Shown: positions 10,901 to 18,460 of the stretch, piece by piece
Layout: every line of letters begins with the position of its first letter
Numbering within the stretch: position 1 is the stretch's first letter
DNA from: Candidatus Nomurabacteria bacterium
Lineage (GTDB): Bacteria; Patescibacteriota; Minisyncoccia; Phycocordibacterales; UBA9973
Direction: 5' to 3'
Length of the DNA: 64,000 nucleotides
Assembly: GCA_023267435.1 (NCBI GenBank)
Contig: JAHFNH010000001.1
Span: 80,253-144,252, forward strand
Program-made: the position numbers and the translations under genes
The notes under the pieces: model-generated
What the model was told of the DNA's origin: nothing
Seen by the model: only the letters and a program-made list of their open reading frames with translations
Database searches by the model: none

Positions 10901-11053
10901 ATTACTTGATGGCGCACTTTTAGTACCATCTGTTTTAACAGAAGCATCTTGCGCGAAAGTTATAGGCGTGAGAGAAATAAAAAAACCTAAAACAAGAAAG
11001 AAAACTACAGCTCTAACTAACACTAACGAACATAAAAATTTCTTTATATTCAT
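4976..11053 (-). CDS. Giant secreted SpvB/FG-GAP/RHS-repeat polymorphic toxin (Tc-toxin BC-like) with a C-terminal M15/LAS zinc-peptidase-like toxin domain
   Basis: N-terminal signal peptide and SpvB-like block PNLSLQYNSQ..GYGWSMNIPYIQR. Six DxNGDGxxD FG-GAP/VCBS motifs and many YD/RHS repeats (YTYDGLGRR, YAYDNAGNMT, YQYDNAGNRV). RHS core YYVHTDHLGSTN...YYKAGVGQFISQD and autoproteolysis-type motif NMKDPSGK. The tail has SAHYVGTAVD and LRWGGDF..DGVHID. Confidence 0.85.
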   Translation of the reverse strand: MNIKKFLCSLVLVRAVVFFLVLGFFISLTPITFAQDASVKTDGTKSAPSSNVSDTNTTDVALPDLSAKDINAKVTATDNISAIKKDAPSGGTISSEDTLTPTVEKNKSPNPTVSPMNQTNEYANVKKSIAQTDPSTGALVYSYTIAVPPGRNNTQPNLSLQYNSQNLIQDSVFGYGWSMNIPYIQRVNKKGTNTLFTDNYFSSSLSGDLVNVSGGTYASKIEKGDFLKYSFSSNMWTVTDKTGTIYTFGTNTNTRQDDPNNFSHVYKWMLESVQDTNGNFISYTYYKNSSQIYPATITYSNHSASSGIFEIDFLRSSSRSDAMMSAAAGFPSTTNYLINEIDVKVNGTWTSKYVFNYIAGTNTNRSLLSSIIESGQDTNGTVTTLPATSFSYTQGTSGFTPSNQSSTYIPIDTHNGTIPADVNGDGYTDLIQAWNNVDYYYNSAKGIYLYHPSSDNWQLDTSRSVPSDIWIARHDNNGWGDASTKVIDVNGDGLNDMVRNDPYSSWGAQASYLNNGSGWTANPSWNPPFSYPQAVADLNGDGFSDYIKDVSVWPSPVTTSIAWDTGSNFSTYNASVGQTFASPEFLNDQVFADVNGDGLADIIKSTYGVPPAQPSGMFQSVYLNTGTGWVLDSSYTLPSDFIILTRTQNGNVFNREIFQDINGDGLVDILYPYQLGGACGASCTNLKVYINQGHSWVWDINWNTGANLGINDYIDLNPGLLFDANGDGQADILNQGNYFDGITNHITNNVFFNKTTLPVDLLASITLPTGGQTNVTYKMSNHYKDGNGNLLNPSLPLNLPTTYQITTNDGNGNTGTTTYSYQGGSYFFNGSTDRKFAGFNKVIETDPAGNTTATYYHTGIGTDSSHGEYNDDEWKIGQPYRIEKTDSSTNLYSVVVNKWDDYDLGNGNKFVKLTSTTALTYDGTSSHRDTAEEYSYDNVYGNLIQKTSWGEVTANTDGSFTDIGSDKSIENILYIANTGNNVTGLPYDDTVFDQNGAKVNETRNYYDRLALGSVGLGNQTKIEKWLTGITFVNTQKSYDGVYGNVVSLTDENGHVTSYSYDSYHLYPATVTDALNHSVNYLYNYSLGKPKQITDQNGFVYKTEYDGLDRVLVEKVPDLITPSILVTKTAYVYTDIAGAVSIHKTDYLNASNSVDTYQYFDGLGRIIQNRKETETSNNFNVSDYVYNNLGMIQKQSLPYTGTGLVKTFPNTNVSLYTIYIYDPMGRVLNSVNSVGTTSYVYNLWKISVTDPRGKIKDTYSDARGNLIRVDEHNSGSTYTTAYSWNLNGKVKNITDALSNVRNFTYDGLGRRLTAEDLHTPGDTTFGIWTYAYDNAGNMTQSVSPEAKTTNYTFDVLNRMLTENYTGATGTEISYFYDSCTNGISKICGIVMPSGANISYTYDSNGNITSETKTINSNIFVTSYVYDEQGNVTIMTYPDNAQVRYTFNTAGLLNQIERKENAGSFTNVISNIDYSPMNQVAVINYANGTTTTNTYNASQMYRLSNKFTTNGNGISLQNIVYTYDMDNNIIQIIDTSNTSATKNVVYAYDDLNRLVVAFATGVPAGQTPYTQNFTYNAVGNILNKSDVGNYLYQGNTGTNYANPHAATSINSVTNTYDKNGNLLTDGTIINTWNYKNELVQVTKNVNLSNSRSPIAQPVQNSITLVYQYDNAGNRVRMQKGSVNTYYPNNFYNTDGTKKTKSIYIGDQLVATVETVGGVVTPYYVHTDHLGSTNVVSNTTGTSVQLLDYFPFGSQRISSGTYNTQRQYIGQVYDTDTGLDYLNARYYKAGVGQFISQDSMFWQLPQELLLDPQQQNSYSYARDNPVNMKDPSGKIAVLSAIKSFLNSINSFLSKGSTQTVLSGQKTSTSDSGTTLVNYKGNNFLNSTNKVPVDFTKDLNRLNQYAGKNDVKLQIESSGVRIKGDPIPGDVYHKQGEVTENSAHYVGTAVDVNIQYKNNNKDIMCGSSCLNSGFNSLPNPVQGFVGDVRNDSGLRWGGDFNRVDGVHIDNGLYQHNPNEYLRRFNILQN

Positions 11054-11125
11054 GCAATAAATTATTAGCTATAATAATGTTGTCTTTATTGTAAACAAAC
11101 AAAAAACAAAAAGGAAACATGGGGT

Positions 11126-11764
11126 GTGAATAAACACAAAATATGCCATAATAACTACATGAAAAGCATAGAATCAATTTGTATATTTGGAGACAGCACC
11201 GCTTGGGGAGCCTGGGATTTTGAAAAAGGCGGATGGGTCAATCGCCTATGGCTTCACGTCGGAAAAAGAAATGAGAACTATGTGAAAATTTATAATCAAA
11301 GCATTTCCGGCGGAACAACTGAAACAATCCTCGCTCGTTTTGAAAATGAAGCGAAAATTAGAAATGCTGATGCGATAATATTTCAAACTGGCGGAAATGA
11401 TGCAGCGTATGAACATACTCCTGGAAATTATTTAGTCCAACCAGAAAAATTCAAAGAGAATATAGAAGAGATAATCAAAAGAGCAAAAAATATTACAGAA
11501 AATATAATTTTCATGGATTTGAAAAACTGCGACGAACCAAAAACAACCCCTGTGTCATGGATTGATATATATTACACAAACGACAATATTAAAAAATACA
11601 GCGACATAATGAAAGAAGTTTGTGAGAAAAATAATGTTCCCTTCTTAGATATCGGATTATTAGAAAATTCTGATTTTGATGACGGTCTGCATCCCAACGC
11701 ATCCGGTCACGAGAAAATTTTTGAAAAAGTAAAAGAATTCTTAATTTCTAAAAAATGGATTTAA
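11126..11764 (+). CDS. SGNH/GDSL-family hydrolase (esterase/lipase)
   Basis: ICIFGDSTAWG (GDS block) and DGLHPN (DxxH block). The start may be the Met at 11159. Confidence 0.75.
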   Translation: MNKHKICHNNYMKSIESICIFGDSTAWGAWDFEKGGWVNRLWLHVGKRNENYVKIYNQSISGGTTETILARFENEAKIRNADAIIFQTGGNDAAYEHTPGNYLVQPEKFKENIEEIIKRAKNITENIIFMDLKNCDEPKTTPVSWIDIYYTNDNIKKYSDIMKEVCEKNNVPFLDIGLLENSDFDDGLHPNASGHEKIFEKVKEFLISKKWI

Positions 11765-11772
11765 AATAAAAA

Positions 11773-11805
11773 CACTCGCAAGGATAGTCCTTGCGAGTGT
11801 TTTTT
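11773..11805 (+). terminator. Rho-independent terminator hairpin
   Basis: cactcgcaagga-tagt-ccttgcgagtg followed by a T-run. Confidence 0.55.
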
Positions 11806-11817
11806 ATAGAATAAAAC

Positions 11818-12096
11818 TTATTTAGAATCTTCTTTGAAACACTTGTTCCAGAAGAAAGCCATAAACCAACCAAAAAGATAACCAACAATAAAAGTTACAA
11901 TAATGAGTCCAAGAGCTTTAAATAAATTAAAAGGCAATATTACCATCGGCATACTAATCATGTGTAAATCAAGAATAAAATTCATCAATGCTTGAGCTAC
12001 TCCTAAAGCAACTAAGATACTCCAAACTAAATGAAAAGAACCGATAAGCAAACCAAAAGTCAAAGCTGTTTTATTTTTATTTATTTGCATATTCAT
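11818..12096 (-). CDS. Small membrane protein
   Basis: Three hydrophobic segments, 92 aa. Confidence 0.35.
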   Translation of the reverse strand: MNMQINKNKTALTFGLLIGSFHLVWSILVALGVAQALMNFILDLHMISMPMVILPFNLFKALGLIIVTFIVGYLFGWFMAFFWNKCFKEDSK

Positions 12097-12170
12097 AAAT
12101 TAATTTTTAATTAAGCTTATAATAGTTAAATTATAACATAACAGAAATTACAAGGACCATCCCTGCTGAA

Positions 12171-12602
12171 CTAGTGATTGTAATAACCAATTATAAAAAC
12201 ACCAAATATTACAATAATTCCTCCCACAACAGTCGAAATAGTTATATTATTTCTAAATAAAAGATAACTAAAAAGAGCAATAAATACCGGATATGAAAGC
12301 TCAATAAGACTAGACAGCACGGCATTTTTTGCAACAATAGCAGAACCAATACTAAATTCCGCTATTACAAGAGTTACAATTCCACCTAGGACATAAAGAA
12401 GAGTTCTTTTAGATGAAATTATTTCAATAAAATCAGATTTAATTGAATTATTAAAATAAGCAATCAATAACGATATTAAAAATACAACAAAAGACGCAAT
12501 TGCCAAATAAGAATACAAAGATATTTTTTTATATATCTCTTCATTTAGAACATAACCTATTCCCCAAAACAATGACGCGCTAATCGCAAATAAAATCCAC
12601 AT
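12171..12602 (-). CDS. EamA/DMT-like small transporter
   Basis: Four hydrophobic helices with a WGIGYV-type EamA motif. Confidence 0.45.
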   Translation of the reverse strand: MWILFAISASLFWGIGYVLNEEIYKKISLYSYLAIASFVVFLISLLIAYFNNSIKSDFIEIISSKRTLLYVLGGIVTLVIAEFSIGSAIVAKNAVLSSLIELSYPVFIALFSYLLFRNNITISTVVGGIIVIFGVFIIGYYNH

Positions 12603-12617
12603 AAGAACATACTAACA

Positions 12618-14375
12618 TTAAACTTCTTCTGGTAAAAATCCTCCGGCTTGCATGTGCCACAAATTGGCATACTTTCCATTCTTTTTTAATAATTCCTCAT
12701 GCGTGCCGTCTTCAATAATCTTGCCATTTTCAAGAAAGATAATTCTATCCATGAATTGCAAAGTGGAAAGGCGGTGAGCTATTGCTATCACAGTTTTGTT
12801 TTGCATCAGAACTTTGAGTGCTGTTTGCACTTTTGCCTCACTGTCGCTATCGAGTGCGCTTGTGGCTTCATCGAGAATGAATAACGGACTGTTTTTTAGA
12901 ATTGCCCGAGCAATAGCAACTCTCTGTCTTTGCCCACCAGAAAGCTTCACTCCGCGCTCCCCGACAATGGTGTCATAACCTTTCGGCAATGTCTGAATAA
13001 ATTCATCTGCGTATGCCATTTTTGCCACTTCTATTATTTTTTCTCTCGGAACTTCCAGTGATCCATACTGAATATTTTCTGCGATGGTCGTATGGAAAAG
13101 AGAGGTATCTTGAGAAATAAAAGAAATATGTGAACGAAGAGATTCTTGAGTTATTTCCGAAATATCAAGGCTATTGATAATTATTTTTCCTTCTTGCGGA
13201 TCAAAAAATCTAAGCAGTAAATTTATCAAGGTTGTCTTCCCTACTCCGCTCAAGCCGACAATGCCAATCTTTTGTTTTGGTGGAATAATTAAAGAAAAAT
13301 GATCCAGAATATTTTTGTTTTCATTGTAAGTAAAACTGACATCCTGATAAATAACATCAACTGTGTCCCATTTGTTTACGATATGATTCTTGCCGTCATT
13401 CACGGAAGGTTCAACCAAAAGATCTTTAAGCACTTGGGAACATTCACTATAATTTCTAGTAAATTCTGAAAGGCTGTTTCCTGCATTGTAAACATAACTT
13501 ATTATCTTTAAACCGACGCCCGATATGAGCACCATCTCACCTATACTGATGAGTCCATGATTATATCCTCGAGCGGTTAGAATAATAAAAGCACATCCAA
13601 GCAAAACTGCCGAAACTCCCTGATACAGATAAACTAACACAAACCATTTACCCATGCTCAACTGTGAGTGATATTCTTTGTCGATTTGATTGTATATCCG
13701 CTGTTGATCAAAATCCCTGCTATACACTTTCACGGATGAAATATTAGTATAAATATCTACGAGTGCTCCGGTAGTGTTAGAACTGTCTTCCGCAAACATT
13801 TCTGCATATAAATTTATTTTTTTAATAAATGGACGAATTCCGACAATAAAGACAATCACCCACACAACAATCGCGAGACCAAGAGGTGGATACACGAGAG
13901 TCATTGTAACCATACTGATAACTACCAGCACGATGTTATCAATAAAATTATTCGTGACATTGTTTTTCATCGATTCAAGAGTATCTGCCGCGGTGCTTAT
14001 TTTGTGAGAAATTTGTCCAGCAAATCTATCGGCAAAATAACCAAAGGAAAGCTTCGAAGTATGAGCAAAAAGATATTTTTTAACATTTCGCCTAATACGA
14101 GAACTGACAGTGACTTCCAGCACATGGCCAATGCGATAAGAAAATTCATTGGTAAACAATGTAATAACAAGAAGTATTGTAAGTATTTTTACGTTGCCAT
14201 TGCCGGCATTTAAAGCATCAATAATCTTTCCTAAAAAATACGAAATGCCTATTGAGGTAAAAGTTCCTATGCCGTAAAACAAGCTGTTCAAAAGTATCCA
14301 TTTTATTTCTTTGGAATTAGTGGCTAGAAAAAACTTTAACGGATTATTATAATTTTCAGATTTTATTTTGTTCAT
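12618..14375 (-). CDS. ABC transporter permease/ATPase fusion (MsbA-like exporter)
   Basis: N-terminal 6-TM domain. Walker A GLSGVGKTT, signature LSGGQRQRVAIARA, Walker B ILDEATSALD. Confidence 0.85.
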   Translation of the reverse strand: MNKIKSENYNNPLKFFLATNSKEIKWILLNSLFYGIGTFTSIGISYFLGKIIDALNAGNGNVKILTILLVITLFTNEFSYRIGHVLEVTVSSRIRRNVKKYLFAHTSKLSFGYFADRFAGQISHKISTAADTLESMKNNVTNNFIDNIVLVVISMVTMTLVYPPLGLAIVVWVIVFIVGIRPFIKKINLYAEMFAEDSSNTTGALVDIYTNISSVKVYSRDFDQQRIYNQIDKEYHSQLSMGKWFVLVYLYQGVSAVLLGCAFIILTARGYNHGLISIGEMVLISGVGLKIISYVYNAGNSLSEFTRNYSECSQVLKDLLVEPSVNDGKNHIVNKWDTVDVIYQDVSFTYNENKNILDHFSLIIPPKQKIGIVGLSGVGKTTLINLLLRFFDPQEGKIIINSLDISEITQESLRSHISFISQDTSLFHTTIAENIQYGSLEVPREKIIEVAKMAYADEFIQTLPKGYDTIVGERGVKLSGGQRQRVAIARAILKNSPLFILDEATSALDSDSEAKVQTALKVLMQNKTVIAIAHRLSTLQFMDRIIFLENGKIIEDGTHEELLKKNGKYANLWHMQAGGFLPEEV

Positions 14376-15570
14376 TTTTTTTATTAAAATTAAAATAAAT
14401 TACGGCGAAAATAATGCTGATTACTGCTAATACAGAAAGAGTGATACGCATGCTTGATAAGTCTATCATGATACCTAAAACAATCGGTCCGGTGATTTCT
14501 GCTACTTGCGACACACCTTCAAATGCTCCGCTCAATGTGCCAATGTGTTCTTTCGGAACCGCAAGCGTTATTTCCCTATCAACTGATAGGCCTAACAATT
14601 GAAGACATGAACCAATCAAAAATACTAAAACCAACTGCGCTGGAAATATTGGAATAAAAGCAAGGAGAAATAAGAAAACTGTTAAAAATCCACATGTCCA
14701 AAATATTGTGTGTTTATATTTATCGGCAATTAAACCAAGAGGAGAACTAAATAAAGCCGGAAAAGCTGCAAAACCAGTTAGTAAAACAATTTGCCAAAGA
14801 CTTTGGTGTTGAGTAAAAGCATAAATAGGAATAAAAAACTCTCCGACTGTGGCTGTTATATCAATAAACAAATAAAATACTGCAAGCCAGCGTACGTTCC
14901 TGCCCCAAGAAATAATTGTTTTGAAAAAACTTCCATAAGAACCGAAAACTGAGAGACGAGCTTCTTTGGTAAGAGATGAAGCAGTCAGTCCATCCGGTAG
15001 TTTGCGCACGAAATAAATCGCAATGAGCGAAGTCGGAGCAATCATTAAAAATAAATAATGAATAGGAATATATCGTACAAGTATCGCACTAATGAAAATA
15101 GCCACGAGCCACCAGAAATTTGCCAATGAATCCATATATCCGAATGAAGTAGCAATATTTTCGGGCTTAGCGTGAGTGCGCACATAAGTAGCTCGTCCGA
15201 CACCATCGAGAGCATAAGCAACGCCGTTGATAATACGCGCACAAACAATGAAAGCAATAACCCCAAATACTCCAGCGGAAAAATAACTGATACTGATAAA
15301 TGGATACAACAATAATGAAACAATCAAAAGTTTCTTACTGGCGATATTGTCAGCGAGCCAAGACACCATTGGAAGTGAAAGCAAAAATACAACTCCATAA
15401 ATAGAACGCAATAAACCTGTCTCAGCATAAGTGTGAGCGAAAGAGAAAAGGAAAATAGGCAAAAATGCCTCAGCAAACCCCCAACCGAACCAGCGGATAG
15501 ATGTGGCGATAGATATAAGTCGCACTCCTTCTTCAATATTTGGATTAAAAAGTTTAAAAAATTTCTTCAT
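14356..15570 (-). CDS. MFS transporter
   Basis: About 12 TM segments, 404 aa. Confidence 0.7.
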   Translation of the reverse strand: MKKFFKLFNPNIEEGVRLISIATSIRWFGWGFAEAFLPIFLFSFAHTYAETGLLRSIYGVVFLLSLPMVSWLADNIASKKLLIVSLLLYPFISISYFSAGVFGVIAFIVCARIINGVAYALDGVGRATYVRTHAKPENIATSFGYMDSLANFWWLVAIFISAILVRYIPIHYLFLMIAPTSLIAIYFVRKLPDGLTASSLTKEARLSVFGSYGSFFKTIISWGRNVRWLAVFYLFIDITATVGEFFIPIYAFTQHQSLWQIVLLTGFAAFPALFSSPLGLIADKYKHTIFWTCGFLTVFLFLLAFIPIFPAQLVLVFLIGSCLQLLGLSVDREITLAVPKEHIGTLSGAFEGVSQVAEITGPIVLGIMIDLSSMRITLSVLAVISIIFAVIYFNFNKKNEQNKI

Positions 15571-15603
15571 ATAAATGATTACTCAACTTGGTCATTTTAG
15601 CAT

Positions 15604-15650
15604 ATTTGTGATATTGTTTGGTTAGAAATTCAATTGTTGTCTAACTAAAA
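15604..15650 (+). promoter_or_regulatory. Copy 1 of the shared promoter/operator module (TGTGATATTGTTTGGTTAGA..TCTAACT)
   Basis: -10-like TATTGT with a TTAGA-n13-TCTAA inverted repeat, 15 nt upstream of the ATG at 15661. Confidence 0.5.
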
Positions 15651-15660
15651 ACTTAATAAA

Positions 15661-16149
15661 ATGTTCACATACAAAGAAATCGAAAAATCCTGTAAACGAC
15701 TGGGAATCGATACAGAAAAAAGAGGTAAAAATCCTTTTGCTTTGGCTAAAACAATTTACGCCAAAGATAAATCCGCGAACCTAAAAGAGCTAGGGTTCCC
15801 TGAAAAGGAAAAGGTTCAAATTGAAAAAATTGGCAAACTGATTAATAATTTATTTTCCCAACTCACATTTCCACGTTCTTTTAATTTAACAACCGAAGAA
15901 GGTAAATTAGAAAAAGAGATGGATGATAAAATAAGTAAATTTTTACCAACCGCATGTCTTAGCCAAAAAGAGTGGCTTCAATCTGGAGCTCAAAAAGCTT
16001 CACTAAATGTTTCAGATTTTTCTTTGGATTCAGGTATTGTTTATGAACTAGATAAAGAAAAAGTTAAAGCTATGAAAGATATGCACGATAGTGGTCCACG
16101 ATATGTCCGTCTTAATAGAGGTGGTCACAATAGAAGATTTGGTGGATAA
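15661..16149 (+). CDS. Hypothetical protein
   Basis: 162 aa, preceded by a copy of the shared promoter module. Confidence 0.4.
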   Translation: MFTYKEIEKSCKRLGIDTEKRGKNPFALAKTIYAKDKSANLKELGFPEKEKVQIEKIGKLINNLFSQLTFPRSFNLTTEEGKLEKEMDDKISKFLPTACLSQKEWLQSGAQKASLNVSDFSLDSGIVYELDKEKVKAMKDMHDSGPRYVRLNRGGHNRRFGG

Positions 16150-16217
16150 ATTATTAATAAAAAAGACTGAAAAAATTCAGTCTTTTTATTTTACCTAAAC
16201 TCAAAACGAGATTTGCA

Positions 16218-16688
16218 CTATCTAAGCAATTTATACATATAGTATCTGGGATAATCTAATCCTTTTAATTCGGAAAATAATTTCATCCCTATTTTTTCAT
16301 AAAAAACTTTTGATTCCCCTGTGGCAAGCATAACGACTTTCTTCTTCCATCGTTTTTTAATTTCACAGAACAATCCTTTCATAAAAATTGTTCCCAGACC
16401 TTTCCCTTTATATTCCGGTTTTACCGCAAGGTATTCGATTGATACCACTGAAGAAGTGTATTCATCTTGCTTTATTCGCGCAGATGCAAACAATTTTCCA
16501 TCCTTATACAACCCATAGACAATACCTTTGTCTAAATCCGGAGAAACACTAAGACTGTTAGCAATAAATCCGAGCATTAATTTTTTATAATTTTTCTTAT
16601 TAGACGGACCTGATAAATAGGAAAGTTCAACAATTTCATCTATTGAAGTTGTTGGAGTTATGATTTTAACATCGAATTTTGTTTTCAT
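16218..16688 (-). CDS. GNAT family N-acetyltransferase
   Basis: Motif A-like VSIEYLAVKPEYKGKGLGT. Confidence 0.7.
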   Translation of the reverse strand: MKTKFDVKIITPTTSIDEIVELSYLSGPSNKKNYKKLMLGFIANSLSVSPDLDKGIVYGLYKDGKLFASARIKQDEYTSSVVSIEYLAVKPEYKGKGLGTIFMKGLFCEIKKRWKKKVVMLATGESKVFYEKIGMKLFSELKGLDYPRYYMYKLLR

Positions 16689-16754
16689 TTGTCTATATTT
16701 ATTTAGTTAGAACTATGTTTATTTCTAGTTTCAGACTATCAACAAACCATTTAC

Positions 16755-16836
16755 AAGTCAACATACTTGTGATATTGTTTGGTTAAATAAATTCCTGAAA
16801 AATAATCGAGCAATAGCTCATTAAAAACTTAAAACC
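16755..16836 (+). promoter_or_regulatory. Copy 2 of the shared promoter module, plus the 5'UTR block CGAGCAATAGCTCATTAAAAA
   Basis: AAGTCAAC-n6-GTGATATTGTTTGGTTA. The UTR block recurs at 32966. Confidence 0.45.
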
Positions 16837-17412
16837 ATGCTGATACTTAAAAAATTTCCTGAAATTAAGGATTGGGCACTGGATATAATGTCTAATACCC
16901 TACAATTTGAAACCGAACTTCCATATGAGTTGGGTCTAATCAAACAAACTTCGTTATTTGTTAAAAAAACAATTAGATTAAAAATTATAAGAAACCAATT
17001 TTATTGGGGAACTTTAGGTTACGACAATACAATAACCATTGTAGAGAGATTGGAAGGTTGGCAAAAGCTTCAAACAATTGGGCATGAAGTAGGACATGTT
17101 CTTGTTGATCATCACAACGACTTATACTGCTTGAAAGAACACCGTACAAAAGAATCTTTCCTGATTGATAAGGAAACGGGTAAAGAATTTATCGAAAATT
17201 GGCACGTTGAACTGGAGAAACAGGCGCAGGTATATTATCCTCCAACAGATTTTCGTTCCAGAGAAAATATAGTTGAAATATTATGCGATGAGATAGGAAT
17301 TTATTTTACTCAAAGAGTAAATAAGTTTAATAATCTTGAGTGTTATAGGGAAATTTGTCCTGACCAGCTACTTCTCTTTTCTGATGATGTTTTAAAAGCT
17401 CTTAAAAAATAA
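16837..17412 (+). CDS. HExxH motif protein, possible ImmA/IrrE-like zinc metallopeptidase
   Basis: IGHEVGHVLVDHH. 191 aa. No partner HTH gene seen. Confidence 0.35.
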   Translation: MLILKKFPEIKDWALDIMSNTLQFETELPYELGLIKQTSLFVKKTIRLKIIRNQFYWGTLGYDNTITIVERLEGWQKLQTIGHEVGHVLVDHHNDLYCLKEHRTKESFLIDKETGKEFIENWHVELEKQAQVYYPPTDFRSRENIVEILCDEIGIYFTQRVNKFNNLECYREICPDQLLLFSDDVLKALKK

Positions 17413-17485
17413 TTTAAGAGCTTTTTTATTTCCTTGCCCATTACAACATTCACAAAAATAAAAAAACCTGAATTTACTCAGGTTC

Positions 17486-17641
17486 TTAAATACGCAAATC
17501 AATTATTCCAAAAATTGCTAATAATAACACTGTAAAGGAAAAAACAGCTGAAATTATTGCAAAATAAAAGGAGCTGTTTAAAATAATTCGTTCAACTAAT
17601 GTTTGCTCGTATTCAGTATACTCATTTTTAAAAGTCTTCAT
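17486..17641 (-). CDS. Small (51 aa) single-TM protein, below the ORF-track threshold
   Basis: MKTFKNEYTEYEQTLVERIILNSSFYFAIISAVFSFTVLLLAIFGIIDLRI. A terminator hairpin (aacctgagtaaattcaggtt plus T-run) follows the stop on the minus strand. Confidence 0.3.
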   Translation of the reverse strand: MKTFKNEYTEYEQTLVERIILNSSFYFAIISAVFSFTVLLLAIFGIIDLRI

Positions 17642-17699
17642 TTTATTTAAGTTTTTAATTTTTAGAACTCCGTTTATTATCTATCCCTATACTACTATC

Positions 17700-17781
17700 A
17701 AATCTTTGACCTGTCAACGCATTTATGATATTGTTTGGTTAGAAATTTTGTTATTGTCTAACTCTCTAAATACCTTGAAAA
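17700..17781 (+). promoter_or_regulatory. Copy 3 of the shared promoter/operator module
   Basis: TTGACCTGTCAA palindrome, TGATATTGT, GGTTAGAAATTTTGTTATTGTCTAACT. Confidence 0.5.
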
Positions 17782-18195
17782 ATGAAAAATCTAACTATTT
17801 TATTAGACCCAGCATATACTCTTGACTGGCGCGTGCTATTTATTTTCATAATTTTTTTTATCATTGCAATGTTTCTTATAAAGAGAACAATAGACAAGTC
17901 GTCTAAAACAGTTATCATTGAACCTGACAAAACCCTTCAACTTCAGGAGCTTCTTCTTAAAAGAACTATCATTGTTTTAAGAACAGACAGGAAATTACCA
18001 ATTGTTCAATATATTGAAGATTACCAAGAAGGTCTTAACACGGGAATGTTTGCTAATACATTTTATCTTGATAATTACGGTGAAGATAAATTATTAGAAG
18101 GAAAAACGTACGACATCGAATCAACCGGCAAAGGACAAATTCGATCATTGCGACAAGTTTCAATGTTGATTTGCGAAGATTTTATTGTGCATTAG
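17782..18195 (+). CDS. Hypothetical N-terminal TM protein
   Basis: 137 aa with TM segment WRVLFIFIIFFIIAMFLI. Confidence 0.4.
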   Translation: MKNLTILLDPAYTLDWRVLFIFIIFFIIAMFLIKRTIDKSSKTVIIEPDKTLQLQELLLKRTIIVLRTDRKLPIVQYIEDYQEGLNTGMFANTFYLDNYGEDKLLEGKTYDIESTGKGQIRSLRQVSMLICEDFIVH

Positions 18196-18238
18196 TTAAA
18201 AAATCAAAAAACCAATCACTATATAGTGGTTGGTTTTT

Positions 18239-18454
18239 TTATTTTTCTATAAATCTAAACCTTGGAATTTGTTTTCCTTCAACTTCTACATTTTCTAAAA
18301 ACATTTTCAATGGTCTAACCCATAAATCATTTTCACCATACAAAGCGCGGTAAACAACCAACTCTTCTAGAGTTTCACTGTGTTTAGCCACACCAATGAC
18401 TTCATATTGTTTGCCTTTATAATGTTCGTATTTCCCTAATTTTATTTTAGGCAT
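18239..18454 (-). CDS. DUF1653-family small protein
   Basis: GKYEHYKGKQYEVIGVAKHSETLEELVVYRALYG...WVRPLKMF matches my recollection of the DUF1653 consensus. Confidence 0.55.
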   Translation of the reverse strand: MPKIKLGKYEHYKGKQYEVIGVAKHSETLEELVVYRALYGENDLWVRPLKMFLENVEVEGKQIPRFRFIEK

Positions 18455-18460
18455 AAATTT

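Noticed and set aside
5779-11060. Multiple plus-strand ORFs (5779..5964, 5876..6070, 7213..7521, 7862..8152, 8420..8671, 10148..10438, 10719..11060) and the minus-strand ORF 8923..9108
   Set aside because: All are antisense or out-of-frame within the continuous 6-kb RHS gene. They are low-complexity and have no independent signals.
12699-14213. Plus-strand ORFs inside the ABC exporter gene (12699..12884, 12796..12978, 13774..14007, 14004..14213)
   Set aside because: Antisense to a well-supported ABC transporter CDS.
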